From a bacterium (GTDB lineage Bacteria; Fidelibacterota; Fidelibacteria; Fidelibacterales; Fidelibacteraceae): a stretch of DNA of 64,000 bases. The position numbers and the translations under genes were made by a program. This document shows, in pieces, positions 29,550 through 39,693 of the stretch; position 1 is the first letter of the stretch; every line of letters begins with the position of its first letter. The notes below the pieces were generated by a model that saw only the letters and a program-made list of their open reading frames with translations, made no database searches and was not told the origin of the DNA. Location: positions 96,001 through 160,000 of the forward strand of contig OY781066.1 in assembly GCA_963676395.1 (NCBI GenBank), in the 5' to 3' direction.

Positions 29550-30571
29550 TTTTTACTCTCATGATATAATTGTCCGCATGCTGCCTTAATTCCTCTTCCC
29601 CCACTATACCTCAATGTTACCGGAAAGGGAACATCATGAAAAAATGATACAAATTTCTTAATATCCTTTTCCTCAGGTCTTTTAAACTTTGAATCGGTTT
29701 CATTATAGGGAATAATATTTAGTTTGCAAGGAATATGGCTGAGCTTTTCGACTAATCTATATGCATCCGAAGAGCTGTCATTCACTCCTTTAAGCAATAC
29801 ATATTCAAAAGTCAGTAATTTATTTGTTACATGAGTGTAATAAGATGCAGCCGCCAACAACTCATGTAAAGGATAACGACGATTCACAGGCATGATCTCA
29901 TTACGTTGGTTGTTATCGGAAGCATTTAAAGATACAGCCAATTTAAATTGATAAGGCAAATGAGCAAATTCCTTGATCTTTGGCACTAAACCCGATGTAG
30001 ACAAAGTAATATGTCTCGCACCGATATTGGGACCTTTCTCATGATTCAGTATAATGGCTGCTTTTATTACTGAATCATAATTATTAAAAGGCTCCCCCAT
30101 TCCCATGAATACGATATTTGATATTTTCTTTTCCGATAATCTTTTTACCTGAATAAATTGTTCAACTATCTCAGCCGTCTCTAATTTACGAAGCAATCCC
30201 ATTTCACCGGTTTTACAAAAAGCACAGCCCATAGCACATCCGACTTCGGAGCTAACACATAGAGTAAAATGATTTCCCGACCGTAATAGTACCGTTTCGA
30301 TAGAATGACCATCATAACATGTAAACAAATATTTTTCAGACCCATCCTCTTCTGATATATTGCGTTGGGAAAGCTCTAATATGTTTAAAGTACCCAATTC
30401 ATCAATTTTATCCCGAATCTTTTTTGAAATATTTAGCATCTCAACACTTGATGAAACACCTTTATCAAACAACCATTCAAATATCTGTCTTCCTACAAAT
30501 GGTTTTAGTTCGTTCTCAACTGCCCAGGCTTGCATTTCTTCATAACTGTAGTTTTTCAATGTATTTATCAT
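29546..30571 (-). CDS. rlmN: 23S rRNA m2A2503 / tRNA m2A37 radical SAM methyltransferase
   Basis: 'CVSSEVGCAMGCAFCKTG', 'VFMGMGEP', 'AACGQL'. Confidence 0.96.
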   Translation of the reverse strand: MINTLKNYSYEEMQAWAVENELKPFVGRQIFEWLFDKGVSSSVEMLNISKKIRDKIDELGTLNILELSQRNISEEDGSEKYLFTCYDGHSIETVLLRSGNHFTLCVSSEVGCAMGCAFCKTGEMGLLRKLETAEIVEQFIQVKRLSEKKISNIVFMGMGEPFNNYDSVIKAAIILNHEKGPNIGARHITLSTSGLVPKIKEFAHLPYQFKLAVSLNASDNNQRNEIMPVNRRYPLHELLAAASYYTHVTNKLLTFEYVLLKGVNDSSSDAYRLVEKLSHIPCKLNIIPYNETDSKFKRPEEKDIKKFVSFFHDVPFPVTLRYSGGRGIKAACGQLYHESKK

Positions 30572-30762
30572 GTGTGTAAGATTGGAAATTTATGAGTATT
30601 ATACAAGTAAATACTTAATGCAATAGACTGAAATCATATTCCAAGCAATAGAGTAATTAAAATTTGATCATTGAATATTTTCATACAATTTTTCGAGTTA
30701 TAGGATATATGACACACAGCTTTTTGCGTTCTTTGGCTTTATTTCACAAGCAAAGCTTTTCC

Positions 30763-30791
30763 TTGCATTTTATACCCTAAACCAATAATTT
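30763..30791 (+). promoter_or_regulatory. Promoter for the HU / HU-LysM operon
   Basis: TTGCAT-N17-TAATTT followed by the RBS AAGGAG. Confidence 0.6.
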
Positions 30792-30816
30792 TCAAGGAAT
30801 TCTATAAGGAGCAGTT

Positions 30817-31089
30817 ATGAACACCGCCGATCTAATGCAGAGTGTCTCTGAAAAATCGGAATTATCAAAATCCGACACAAAAGAATTATATGAGATCCTC
30901 ACAGATATTATTCATGAGAAATTCTCATCAGAGACCGGAATTGTTATCCCGCAATTCGGTACGTTTAGAATAAAAGAAAAACAAAGCAGAAAATCCTACA
31001 ATCCGGCAAGCAAGGAATATGTACAATTGCCAAAAAAACTACTCCTCTCCTTTACACCGGCAGCACAATTAAAAGAAGATCTCAGATAA
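30817..31089 (+). CDS. HU/IHF-family DNA-binding protein
   Basis: 90 aa; 'FGTF....RKSYNP....LP....FTPA..LKE'. Confidence 0.9.
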   Translation: MNTADLMQSVSEKSELSKSDTKELYEILTDIIHEKFSSETGIVIPQFGTFRIKEKQSRKSYNPASKEYVQLPKKLLLSFTPAAQLKEDLR

Positions 31090-31098
31090 GGAGCATCT

Positions 31099-32664
31099 AT
31101 GACTGACAAGATAACATATCAACAACTCATAGATGAATTCACTGAAAAATCAGGTAGAACAAAAGCCTTTTCCGACAGATTCATCAAAGATATTTTCACC
31201 AGCATTCAAGAAGGATTGCGTAAGGACGAGAATGTAAATATCAAAGGTCTGGGAATTTTTAAACTACAGGAAGTGGCCGAACGGGAAACTCTAAACCCTA
31301 AAACCGGTCGCTCGGCTCTAATTGAAGCACATAAAAAAATCGTATACCGACCTGAAAAAGCGTTACGGGAAAAAGTCAATGCCAAATATGCCGATCTGGA
31401 AGCAAAAGTAATCGGTAAAAAAGAAGACATAAAGCCAGCAGATGAAAATAAAAGTGATAGCGAAAGCATTCCAACCTTTCCTAAACCAGAGCTTAAACCT
31501 GAACCTGAGATGAAAGCTACTCCGGTTAATCATAAACCCATCACCTCTTCTATTACCAATGCCGATGGCAGTATAGATATTCGAAAGATATTTGGTGGTG
31601 ATGATCTTCCAAGTGATGATGATGTAAAAAAAGAGAACCCTGCTTTTGACAACACGCAAGAAAACGATGATATCGAACAACATATTCAACATGTAAAAAA
31701 CAATGGTCCTCAAACACTTGATGAGTTAATTAATATTACAAAAGGGAGCAATGAAGAGAAGCCTGTTGAGGAAGAAAAACCAGGGGAAAAAGTAAATATT
31801 ACTTTTGAAGGTGATACCGCACCTCAAGTTTTTGGTGATAATATTGACGAACCTGTCAAAGAGGAAGAACCCGATCTTTCTCAAAACCTACCATGGATAA
31901 AATCTCAGGAAGAAGAACAAGAACAATATCAAGAAGGGGCTAAAATATCTCCTACTTTCATTATAGAAAAAAAACAGAGACGCTCTCCATGGCGTTGGTT
32001 ATTTCCAATTATATTGGTCATACTTATTCTTGCTGTTATCTACTTTGTTCCAAATAATTCACTCAAGATCGAAGATATTGCATTTTGGAAAAACTGGAAT
32101 AAAATCACCCTGTTTGAAAGAAAAGATAAAGATCAACAGTCTACTACTTCAAACGATTTAGATAAAGAGAAAGAAATTTCAGCCACTCTTAACAAAGATA
32201 AGGATAAAGAAAGCGATAATAAGCTCAATAATATTTTCTTAAAGCTTAAAGAACGTGGTGAAAATACAGCTAAGCCCAAAGATGAAAATGAAAAACAAGT
32301 TACAAACATTACCGAAGCCACACAAATTACTCAGGCTCCAGCTGATGAAAAAGTCTTAATCCACATTGTTCAACCCGGTAATACTTTATGGGGATTGTCA
32401 GATCATTACTATAAACGCAGTAGCTTATGGCCTAATATATACAGAAAAAACATTGAAGTCCTCCCCACTCCGGACTTTTTACCTTTAGGAAGAGAACTGC
32501 TTATTCCCGAATTAAACGGTGATTCATATGAACTCTCAAAAGCAGATTCTGCAAGAATAGCACAAGGCTATTACCTGGCTTATACGGCATATAAAAAATA
32601 TGATGAAGCGAAGGCTAAAGGCTATTTGAATATGGCTAAGAAATTTGGGACAACCATTAAATAG
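31099..32664 (+). CDS. HU domain - acidic linker - TM - LysM fusion protein
   Basis: N-terminal HU fold ('GLGIFKL..VAERETLNPKTG...IEAHKKIVYRPEKALREKVN'); TM 'WLFPIILVILILAVIYFV'; LysM 'HIVQPGNTLWGLSDHYY....WPNIY..N....PDFLPLGRELLIP'. Confidence 0.88.
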   Translation: MTDKITYQQLIDEFTEKSGRTKAFSDRFIKDIFTSIQEGLRKDENVNIKGLGIFKLQEVAERETLNPKTGRSALIEAHKKIVYRPEKALREKVNAKYADLEAKVIGKKEDIKPADENKSDSESIPTFPKPELKPEPEMKATPVNHKPITSSITNADGSIDIRKIFGGDDLPSDDDVKKENPAFDNTQENDDIEQHIQHVKNNGPQTLDELINITKGSNEEKPVEEEKPGEKVNITFEGDTAPQVFGDNIDEPVKEEEPDLSQNLPWIKSQEEEQEQYQEGAKISPTFIIEKKQRRSPWRWLFPIILVILILAVIYFVPNNSLKIEDIAFWKNWNKITLFERKDKDQQSTTSNDLDKEKEISATLNKDKDKESDNKLNNIFLKLKERGENTAKPKDENEKQVTNITEATQITQAPADEKVLIHIVQPGNTLWGLSDHYYKRSSLWPNIYRKNIEVLPTPDFLPLGRELLIPELNGDSYELSKADSARIAQGYYLAYTAYKKYDEAKAKGYLNMAKKFGTTIK

Positions 32665-32695
32665 TTAATAATTGATAATTGGAAGTTAAGAATTT

Positions 32696-32717
32696 GGCGC
32701 AATTTATTGCGCCTTTT
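32696..32717 (+). terminator. Rho-independent terminator
   Basis: GGCGCAAT-TT-ATTGCGCC-TTTT. Confidence 0.8.
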
Positions 32718-32847
32718 CCTTTTAGAAGAGAGAAAAAAACAGAAATAATTCCAATATATTAATATCATTTTGAATGATTAAAATTTATACTTGTTTATAC
32801 TAACCTAATTTATTTATATTTGCAGGCTTTTGATTAATATCAATGCT

Positions 32848-32921
32848 CGGGGTGTAGCGCAGCTCGGTAGCGCGCTTCGTTCGGGACGAAGAGGCCGTAG
32901 GTTCAAATCCTATCATCCCGA
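32848..32921 (+). tRNA. tRNA-Pro (anticodon CGG)
   Basis: Acceptor CGGGGTG/CATCCCG, D stem GCGC/GCGC, anticodon arm CTTCG-TTCGGGA-CGAAG, T arm GTAGG-TTCAAAT-CCTAT; CCA not encoded. Confidence 0.97.
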
Positions 32922-32927
32922 CTTCAA

Positions 32928-32955
32928 ACAAAACCCATCGTACGATGGGTTTTGT
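32928..32955. terminator. Bidirectional terminator after tRNA-Pro
   Basis: CAAAACCCATCG-TA-CGATGGGTTTTG perfect inverted repeat. Confidence 0.85.
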
Positions 32956-33459
32956 TTATATGGATTCCATACCGACTGCAATCATAAATACTATATATAC
33001 CACAGAAATACTAATAAGTGAATATTTAATATTTTTGATTTCAAAATAATACTTAAGCAAAAACGCTTCACTGATCGCCCAAAGTAAAAAGAACAAGGGC
33101 AAATAATCAATAATATCTATCAACTGATATGAGTTCCTAATAATTATCAATTCTACATTATAAAAAGTAATTGCAGTCGAAATTATTGTTAACAAAATAC
33201 CAATCATTAAACTGGCATCATTAAATTTTCTATCAATAATAATATGTAGAAAAGCTAATAAATATGATAAACTGGTTTCTAATAACAACAACACTGTTAA
33301 TCTAGTTATTATATTTGCACCAGAAAATAGCTTAAAGTTGATTAAATGGAATTCAGGAAAAAAAATAGTTGGAATTGCAATCAAAGCATTTATTAATGTT
33401 ACAATCGATGCAGTTAAATTTATTATTTTTTCTCCGTTCAAAATCTTACCACAATTCAA
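32956..33459 (-). CDS. Very AT-rich hypothetical membrane protein
   Basis: 167 aa, about 5 hydrophobic segments, TTG start without a clear RBS; no recognised family. Confidence 0.45.
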   Translation of the reverse strand: MNCGKILNGEKIINLTASIVTLINALIAIPTIFFPEFHLINFKLFSGANIITRLTVLLLLETSLSYLLAFLHIIIDRKFNDASLMIGILLTIISTAITFYNVELIIIRNSYQLIDIIDYLPLFFLLWAISEAFLLKYYFEIKNIKYSLISISVVYIVFMIAVGMESI

Positions 33460-33551
33460 TATTAAGTTATTCTATAAATGAATTAATTTAGGCTTAAAGG
33501 TAAAACAAATTTTAATTAAAAAAAATAAATTTATTGTGCAGTAAATAGCTT

Positions 33552-34319
33552 TTATCCATCTATCATATCGGCGAGATCTGACATAGTATAAAAACTCATC
33601 TCATTCTCATTGGCATAATTACAGATCATATCTAAAGTATTAAAACTGACCTGACATATTCCGTTCACCGTATCAACAGGCCTGTGACCATACAGAATAA
33701 GTATTTTACCGTTTTCATGGGCATAGGTTAACAAATCCAATATATATTCATTGCTTGTCTCCTCAGATTCCGAATCGATATCAACACCATATATAATACG
33801 TGTATTATCAAAAAAACATTTTTGTTTATCCGGAGAAGATTTACTAAAACTTATCCCTCGTAATAAATCAAAATAATCCAGAAGGTTGTTATCTATATGT
33901 TTGTTACGGTATCCATATGGATATGCAAAGGTTCTGAGATCTATCAATTCATCTTCCATGGAATCTATCATAGGAGTTATTTCATCTTCAATATATTTTT
34001 CTATCCCATGGATTGCCGTGTACAATGTTGCATGTGTATGAATATAACCGTGACCGGCAATTTCATGTCCGGCATCCTTTAACTTATGCATTCTTTCAAT
34101 ATCCGATTCGCTTCTTGTCCCAATTAGGCAAACACAAAATGTGGCTTTCCATTCATATTGCTCCAACAGAGAATCGGCCTTAAGCCATTGGGTAAAATGA
34201 TGATCATCAAAAGTAATAACAATACCACCATTTGAGACTATATGATCTTCAGGATGAGTACATGATATTATAAATATTGCTATGATTATAATAGCCGGAA
34301 TAATTAATAATCGTTTCAT
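33552..34319 (-). CDS. Polysaccharide deacetylase (CE4/NodB-like) lipoprotein
   Basis: Lipobox 'IISC'; 'ITFDD', 'GHEIAGHG..H', 'FAYPYG', 'LYGH'; start 34319 or 34325. Confidence 0.85.
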   Translation of the reverse strand: MKRLLIIPAIIIIAIFIISCTHPEDHIVSNGGIVITFDDHHFTQWLKADSLLEQYEWKATFCVCLIGTRSESDIERMHKLKDAGHEIAGHGYIHTHATLYTAIHGIEKYIEDEITPMIDSMEDELIDLRTFAYPYGYRNKHIDNNLLDYFDLLRGISFSKSSPDKQKCFFDNTRIIYGVDIDSESEETSNEYILDLLTYAHENGKILILYGHRPVDTVNGICQVSFNTLDMICNYANENEMSFYTMSDLADMIDG

Positions 34320-34332
34320 TTTCATTGATAAT

Positions 34333-34953
34333 TCAATTCTCAAGTTTTATTGATATGCCAATCACATCCCACCCAAAACCCTTGCCTTGCAAATATCTAA
34401 TTGCCTTTGATCTTTCTTCTTTGCTTTCCAGTAATCTCTTTGATTTGAATTTCTTTTGGAAATGATACCGGCAATTCTCAAGTTGTTTTTCATGATCGTA
34501 ATTTGAAAGGATATCATTAATTATGTCAGTTGAGACACCCCGTTGAAATAGCTTCTCTTTCACTTTCATGGGACCCAATTGTTTTCGTTGGATCAATTCC
34601 TGAGAGAACAGCTCTGCAAAACGGGTATCATTTACATAATTCTTTTCCCGAAGATAATCTATTGCGGCTGCAATAGCGTCCTTCTGATAGCCTTTTTGAA
34701 ATAGTTTAGTGCGGAGTTCCCCCGAAGCATGATCACGCAGGGAAAGCAGCTCCAGGGCCTTTTCACGCGTAAAAGCGAAGTCGGCAGCTTTGCGTAATTC
34801 ATCTAAAGTCTCGTCATCCAATTCTATATTAGATGACAAAGAAAAATCAAGGATCAAATCGTCGGTGACGCTGATCCTTTCTTCGTTATCTAAAAACAAA
34901 TTAAACCTGTTTGAATGTCGTTTTTGCGCAGTGATCTTAAGAATGCGCGGCAT
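34333..34953 (-). CDS. recX: Recombination regulator RecX
   Basis: 'ALELLSLRDHASGELRTKL', 'YVNDTRFA', 'YLQGKGF'; directly after recA. Confidence 0.92.
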   Translation of the reverse strand: MPRILKITAQKRHSNRFNLFLDNEERISVTDDLILDFSLSSNIELDDETLDELRKAADFAFTREKALELLSLRDHASGELRTKLFQKGYQKDAIAAAIDYLREKNYVNDTRFAELFSQELIQRKQLGPMKVKEKLFQRGVSTDIINDILSNYDHEKQLENCRYHFQKKFKSKRLLESKEERSKAIRYLQGKGFGWDVIGISIKLEN

Positions 34954-34958
34954 AATAA

Positions 34959-35978
34959 TTATTCGCTTTCTTCGACCTGCTGATCTCCGATACCAAGAGC
35001 ATTCTTAACCTCTTTGGCAACTTTTTCAAGAACAGCCGGATTATCTTCAAGGAACTGTTTTGAGTTCTCTCTTCCCTGTCCGATCTTCTCTTTTTCATAA
35101 GAATACCAAGAACCCGATTTATCAACAATATTATAGGCAACCGCTAAATCAAGAACATCACCGGTATATGAAATACCTTTACCGTACATGATATCAAATT
35201 CTGTTTTCTTGAAGGGAGGTGCAACTTTGTTTTTTACAACTTTAACGGTGGTTCTATTTCCTGTAAAATCCGTACCGTCTTTAATTGCGGTGGATTTTCG
35301 GACTTCAAGCCTAACAGAAGTATAGAATTTTAGCGCACGTCCACCTGTAGTGGTTTCGGGATTTCCAAACATAACACCAATCTTTTCACGGATCTGATTA
35401 ATAAAAATAACCGCAACGCGTGATTTAGAAACTAAACCGGTTAGTTTTCTAAGAGCCTGGCTCATTAAACGAGCTTGCAAGCCCATATGTGAATCACCCA
35501 TATCTCCTTCGATCTCAGCTTTTGGTACCAGAGCGGCAACAGAATCGATAACAATAATATCAAGTGCATTTGAACGCACAAGCGTTTCCGTGATCTCCAA
35601 TGCCTGTTCACCAAAATCAGGTTGAGAAACGAGCAGTCTGTTCGTATCAATTCCCAAATTCTTGGCATAACCGATATCAAGAGCATGTTCAGCATCGATA
35701 AATGCTGCATTACCACCGACTTTTTGCGCTTCGGCGATACAATGAAGCGCCAATGTGGTTTTACCTGATGATTCGGGGCCATATATCTCGGAAATTCGGC
35801 CACGAGGAATCCCACCAATACCCAAAGCAGCATCTAACGAAAGTGAACCGGTAGAAATAGCATCAACCGATAAAGGTTTTGAATCGTCTCCCATATACAT
35901 AACGGAACCTTTTCCAAATTGTCTGTCAATTTGCGCAATTGCAACTTCTAAAGCTTTTATCTTATTGTCTTCAGCCAT
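34959..35978 (-). CDS. recA: Recombinase RecA
   Basis: 'GPESSGKTT', 'DSVAAL', '[11 protein letters not shown]', 'GGRALKFY', 'KNKVAPPF'. Confidence 0.99.
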   Translation of the reverse strand: MAEDNKIKALEVAIAQIDRQFGKGSVMYMGDDSKPLSVDAISTGSLSLDAALGIGGIPRGRISEIYGPESSGKTTLALHCIAEAQKVGGNAAFIDAEHALDIGYAKNLGIDTNRLLVSQPDFGEQALEITETLVRSNALDIIVIDSVAALVPKAEIEGDMGDSHMGLQARLMSQALRKLTGLVSKSRVAVIFINQIREKIGVMFGNPETTTGGRALKFYTSVRLEVRKSTAIKDGTDFTGNRTTVKVVKNKVAPPFKKTEFDIMYGKGISYTGDVLDLAVAYNIVDKSGSWYSYEKEKIGQGRENSKQFLEDNPAVLEKVAKEVKNALGIGDQQVEESE

Positions 35979-36010
35979 TGAGTATCCTTTCTCAGTATTT
36001 TATTAACCCT

Positions 36011-36039
36011 AATTTAACACGATAACATGCGGTTTTGAA
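36011..36039 (-). promoter_or_regulatory. Putative recA promoter
   Basis: Minus strand TTCAAA-N17-TAAATT with a TG extension. Confidence 0.5.
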
Positions 36040-36064
36040 GTAAAATATTTCATTAAAGAAAAAG

Positions 36065-36080
36065 TGTGACCAATATCACA
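36065..36080. promoter_or_regulatory. CRP/FNR-family-type palindromic site TGTGA-N6-TCACA upstream of recA
   Basis: TGTGA-CCAATA-TCACA, exact match to the CRP half-sites. Confidence 0.5.
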
Positions 36081-36192
36081 TATGAAATGCGTAAGGAATA
36101 GGATTTAAAGCGAATAAAAATACTGAATAATGATTTAAGATTTAAGAATGATAATAATATTTTTTTAATTTACAATATTCAATCTACAATTG

Positions 36193-36240
36193 AAAAGGGC
36201 TGAGATCCTGATATTAATTCAGAAAAACATCAGCCCTTTT
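36193..36240 (-). terminator. Terminator of the amino-sugar operon
   Basis: AAAAGGGCTGA...TCAGCCCTTTT inverted repeat. Confidence 0.75.
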
Positions 36241-36279
36241 ATATCACAACCAGTAACTGGTTACAAGTTACAGGAATTA

Positions 36280-37236
36280 CTATTTTAGGTTTGCAACCGC
36301 CAATGAGGCAGAACCGACTAAACCGGCATCATTACCTAATTTGGCACGAACGACTTTAACAGCTGCAGCAGGAATGGTATATGCATGTTTAAGCATGCCC
36401 ATCCGGATAGGTTCCATTAAGAGTTCACCGGCATTAGAGATACCACCACCGATAACCACCATTTGAGGATTAAGGATGTTTACAAGGCTTGCAATGGCAT
36501 GACCAAGTATCTCACCTGTTTCTTTGAGAACTTCGATAGCCATCTTATCGCCTTCACCAGCGGCCATAGCAATGGCTTTAGGTGTGACTTTACCATCTTC
36601 CAAATATTTATCAATAATGGTATCCAAACCTTTGCTCATGTACATTTCCATGCGTTCAACAATACCATCTTTACCTACATAGCGTTCCAAACAGCCGTAG
36701 TTTCCGCATCCGCAGTATTTACCGTCACGTGCAATGCTCATATGACCGATCTCACCGGCTGTAAATGAAGTACCACGATACAATTCACCATTTAAGATAA
36801 TACCACCACCAACACCGGTTCCAACAGTCAAAGCGATAACATCTTTTAAACCTTTACCCGCACCAAAGTGAAATTCACCTAATGACATAGCATTCACATC
36901 ATTATCTAAAAAAGCCGGTTTGCCCAAATGCTTTGAAATACCGGGTGCTAAATATGTTTCATTCAAATTTGGCACATTGGTCACAATCTTCAGCTGGCCT
37001 GTTTCAGGATTCAATAAACCGGGTGAACCGATACCTACACCAAGAATATCTTCTTGAGGCAATTTAGAATCATCCATAACCTTTTGTGCACATTCGGCAA
37101 TATGCTTTACAATTTCATCACCGCTTTTGCTCGGATCGGTTACAAATGAATCCTTTAGAACGATCTTACCTTCTTCATCAATGATACCGACCTTTATACC
37201 GGTTCCACCGAAATCAATACCTACATAATACTTCAT
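36280..37236 (-). CDS. ROK-family sugar kinase (glucokinase/GlcNAc kinase-like)
   Basis: 'GIDFGGT', 'GIGSPG', 'DNDVN', 'GTGVGGG', 'GEIGH...CGCGNYGCLE'; no HTH. Confidence 0.92.
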   Translation of the reverse strand: MKYYVGIDFGGTGIKVGIIDEEGKIVLKDSFVTDPSKSGDEIVKHIAECAQKVMDDSKLPQEDILGVGIGSPGLLNPETGQLKIVTNVPNLNETYLAPGISKHLGKPAFLDNDVNAMSLGEFHFGAGKGLKDVIALTVGTGVGGGIILNGELYRGTSFTAGEIGHMSIARDGKYCGCGNYGCLERYVGKDGIVERMEMYMSKGLDTIIDKYLEDGKVTPKAIAMAAGEGDKMAIEVLKETGEILGHAIASLVNILNPQMVVIGGGISNAGELLMEPIRMGMLKHAYTIPAAAVKVVRAKLGNDAGLVGSASLAVANLK

Positions 37237-37302
37237 GTATCTTCCTTTGTGTTTGTTTTCATGCTTATATAACGTTTCCGATCAATCGGTTCAACCGAAA
37301 GG

Positions 37303-38319
37303 TTAACCTACAAATTCGTTACCAACTTTACGTGCACGTGTTGGATGATCCAAATCAACACCGCAAGCAATGCCAACTTCAACAAGAATATTCCAGCAAG
37401 CCTGTAGCTGTAAATAGGCATCATGGCAACCCATACTTGGGATCTTGATAGTGGGGAACATGGTATCATGATCTGAAATAGCGATCACTTTCATACCAAC
37501 ACCATCAACCAATACTTCTTTGAACTTTTCTTCTTCTTCTTTGTATGGATCTACCACGATCACAACTTCATTTTCGGTCATTACTTCTTCAATACCATGA
37601 ACGGCATATGTGCCTTCAAGATATCCGGACTTTTTACGAGTGATCTCATTGGTCTTTAGTGCTGCTTCTTCGGCAACACCAACATTACGACCGGCAAAGT
37701 AAATGACATCTGCTTTTGCAATAGTTGCGATCAATTCAGGATCAATTTCCATTTCAAGCACTTCTTTTGACTTGTCAGCCAGTTCTTCAACGGTTGCCGC
37801 ACATTTATCTGCCGCTGCGCCAATATATGTTTTCATTAATTGATGATAAAACAGTGCTTGCTCAATCACTGATTTTGTAGCAGCTACCGCATCTTCATTA
37901 CCACAATTCAATACAAATTCGTCATCGGAAATAGCTCCCAGAGGCGTTTCTTCGTGAGCAATCAAAGCAAATTTACCCTTCGATTCTTTCGTCTTAAATA
38001 GAGAAATAACTTCTTTTGTTTTACCTGAGTTTGAAGCCCCGAACACGGTAAATTCATCCAACTTTAATTCCGCAGCCTGACGTGAACCTTCGGTGTAAGC
38101 GGTGATATCAAAACCGTTCTTTTGAATTAAATTGATGGTATGTTTAGCAGGAAAGATTCTCGAAGAACCTTCACCTGTCATGAAAAGTTTTTTTGTTTCT
38201 TTCAATGAAGCAACGGCTTTTGAAAGGTCTTTGGTTTTAAAATTGCGAACAACGTCTACAGTTTCAAGCATTTCTTTACATAGCGCAAATTGAGCATATT
38301 TTTGTTCTGATAATTTCAT
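37303..38319 (-). CDS. Double-SIS sugar-phosphate isomerase/deaminase (GlmS C-terminal / NagB-II / AgaS-like)
   Basis: 'TGEGSS', 'ASNSGKTKE', 'E.AVAATKS', 'EEAALK..E', 'HG', 'DHPTRARKV'; no glutaminase domain. Confidence 0.8.
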   Translation of the reverse strand: MKLSEQKYAQFALCKEMLETVDVVRNFKTKDLSKAVASLKETKKLFMTGEGSSRIFPAKHTINLIQKNGFDITAYTEGSRQAAELKLDEFTVFGASNSGKTKEVISLFKTKESKGKFALIAHEETPLGAISDDEFVLNCGNEDAVAATKSVIEQALFYHQLMKTYIGAAADKCAATVEELADKSKEVLEMEIDPELIATIAKADVIYFAGRNVGVAEEAALKTNEITRKKSGYLEGTYAVHGIEEVMTENEVVIVVDPYKEEEEKFKEVLVDGVGMKVIAISDHDTMFPTIKIPSMGCHDAYLQLQACWNILVEVGIACGVDLDHPTRARKVGNEFVG

Positions 38320-38333
38320 TCTATTTTCCTTAC

Positions 38334-39563
38334 TTATTTCTTTTCGACTTTTTTTAATACTTCAAGATCAGCATACTCCGGTTTTTTGCCTAATAAAGGA
38401 CAAATATAATCTTTAAATGCCGGTGTCATATTCATACCATTTTCTGCGATATATTCATCTGGAATGGGTTTTTGTTTTCCGCCTACATCGCATAGAGGAA
38501 CTTTACCGATACTTGTTTTATATTCGACTCCGGACTGACGCTTGATCACGGTCATGTAACCCGTTTCGCCTCCGGCAGCTAATTTAACAGCCGCTTCACC
38601 CAACTCGAATGCTTCTTTTCTGTCCACATCAACCACACGATCATCAGCACACATAGGTAAGGATTCTGTTACCTGAAATTCACCGCGCATATCAGGAAAA
38701 TGTTTTGAAATGATCTTATGGATTTCCATTCCAACCGACACACCGCCCATAGCACCAAATTCGCGATTTCCAAATTCATCTTTAATTTTGGTTGCAGACA
38801 CGGCATTACCATCTTCATCGGTAACACCTTCTCCACAAATAATTGAAACAAAGCCGTATTTATCATAACATTCTTTAAAAAATTCTACAAATTTATCTTC
38901 ATTGAAAGAACGCTCGGGCATCAAAACAATATGAGGTGGGTCTGATTCTTTTTCTTTAAAACCATAAGGTGAAGCTGCTAACCAACCGGCTGAACGACCA
39001 ATGGTCTGATATATTACAAACTGATCGACTTTTTGCATATCCTGAGTCAAGCGACCACCCTGAAATACCGATAAAGCCGTATAACGTGCCGCTGAAGGAA
39101 AACCGGGTGTGTGATCGGTGAGAGGAAGATCATTATCCACCGTTTTGGGGCAACCCATACCGCCCAATTCATAACCTTGTTCACGACAATATTTTTCAAC
39201 TTCATATACATTCAATTGTGTATCATCACCACCAATCCCAAAGAAATAACGAATATTATATTTTTTAAACACTTCAAGAACACGAGGCATATTCTCTGAT
39301 TTCAGCTTTATGCGAGAAGATCCAAGTGCAGAACCGGGAGTTTTCTGCAATAGCTCTACAGGCGCATCACTCAGATCAATAAAATCTTCTTCTAGAAGCC
39401 CTTTCATACCGAAATGACAACCCCATACTTGTTCAACGTTTTCCTCTTTGAGGCATTGTGAAATAATACCGGCCAGACTGGAATTAATCACCGAAGTGGG
39501 TCCACCGGTTTGCGCTACAACTGCGATTCCTTTCATATATGTTTGCTCCTTATACTTAGACAT
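38334..39563 (-). CDS. pfp: Pyrophosphate-dependent 6-phosphofructokinase
   Basis: 'QTGGPTSVIN', 'GGDDT' (Asp signature of PPi type), 'PKTVDND', 'GRSAGW'. Confidence 0.85.
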   Translation of the reverse strand: MSKYKEQTYMKGIAVVAQTGGPTSVINSSLAGIISQCLKEENVEQVWGCHFGMKGLLEEDFIDLSDAPVELLQKTPGSALGSSRIKLKSENMPRVLEVFKKYNIRYFFGIGGDDTQLNVYEVEKYCREQGYELGGMGCPKTVDNDLPLTDHTPGFPSAARYTALSVFQGGRLTQDMQKVDQFVIYQTIGRSAGWLAASPYGFKEKESDPPHIVLMPERSFNEDKFVEFFKECYDKYGFVSIICGEGVTDEDGNAVSATKIKDEFGNREFGAMGGVSVGMEIHKIISKHFPDMRGEFQVTESLPMCADDRVVDVDRKEAFELGEAAVKLAAGGETGYMTVIKRQSGVEYKTSIGKVPLCDVGGKQKPIPDEYIAENGMNMTPAFKDYICPLLGKKPEYADLEVLKKVEKK

Positions 39564-39655
39564 GATGACCTTTTGATAAGACCACAGAATTTATTTTACT
39601 TTGACAGGATCAAAGGATAAACATGATATTCTTTCCTGTCCTTCATATTTTAAAT

Positions 39656-39681
39656 GTACAAACAGATAGGTCTGTCTATAC
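39656..39681. repeat. REP-like imperfect palindrome
   Basis: GTACAAACAGA-TAGG-TCTGTCTATAC. Confidence 0.5.
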
Positions 39682-39693
39682 AATCAAATTATA

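Noticed and set aside
32830..33021. 63-aa ORF
   Set aside because: Overlaps tRNA-Pro and its terminator
32848..34330. Prophage or genomic island at tRNA-Pro
   Set aside because: No integrase and no duplicated tRNA 3' end seen
39590..39645. GACAGGA...TCCTGTC hairpin with weak 9-bp periodicity upstream of pfp
   Set aside because: Too degenerate to call as a repeat family or regulatory RNA from this window alone
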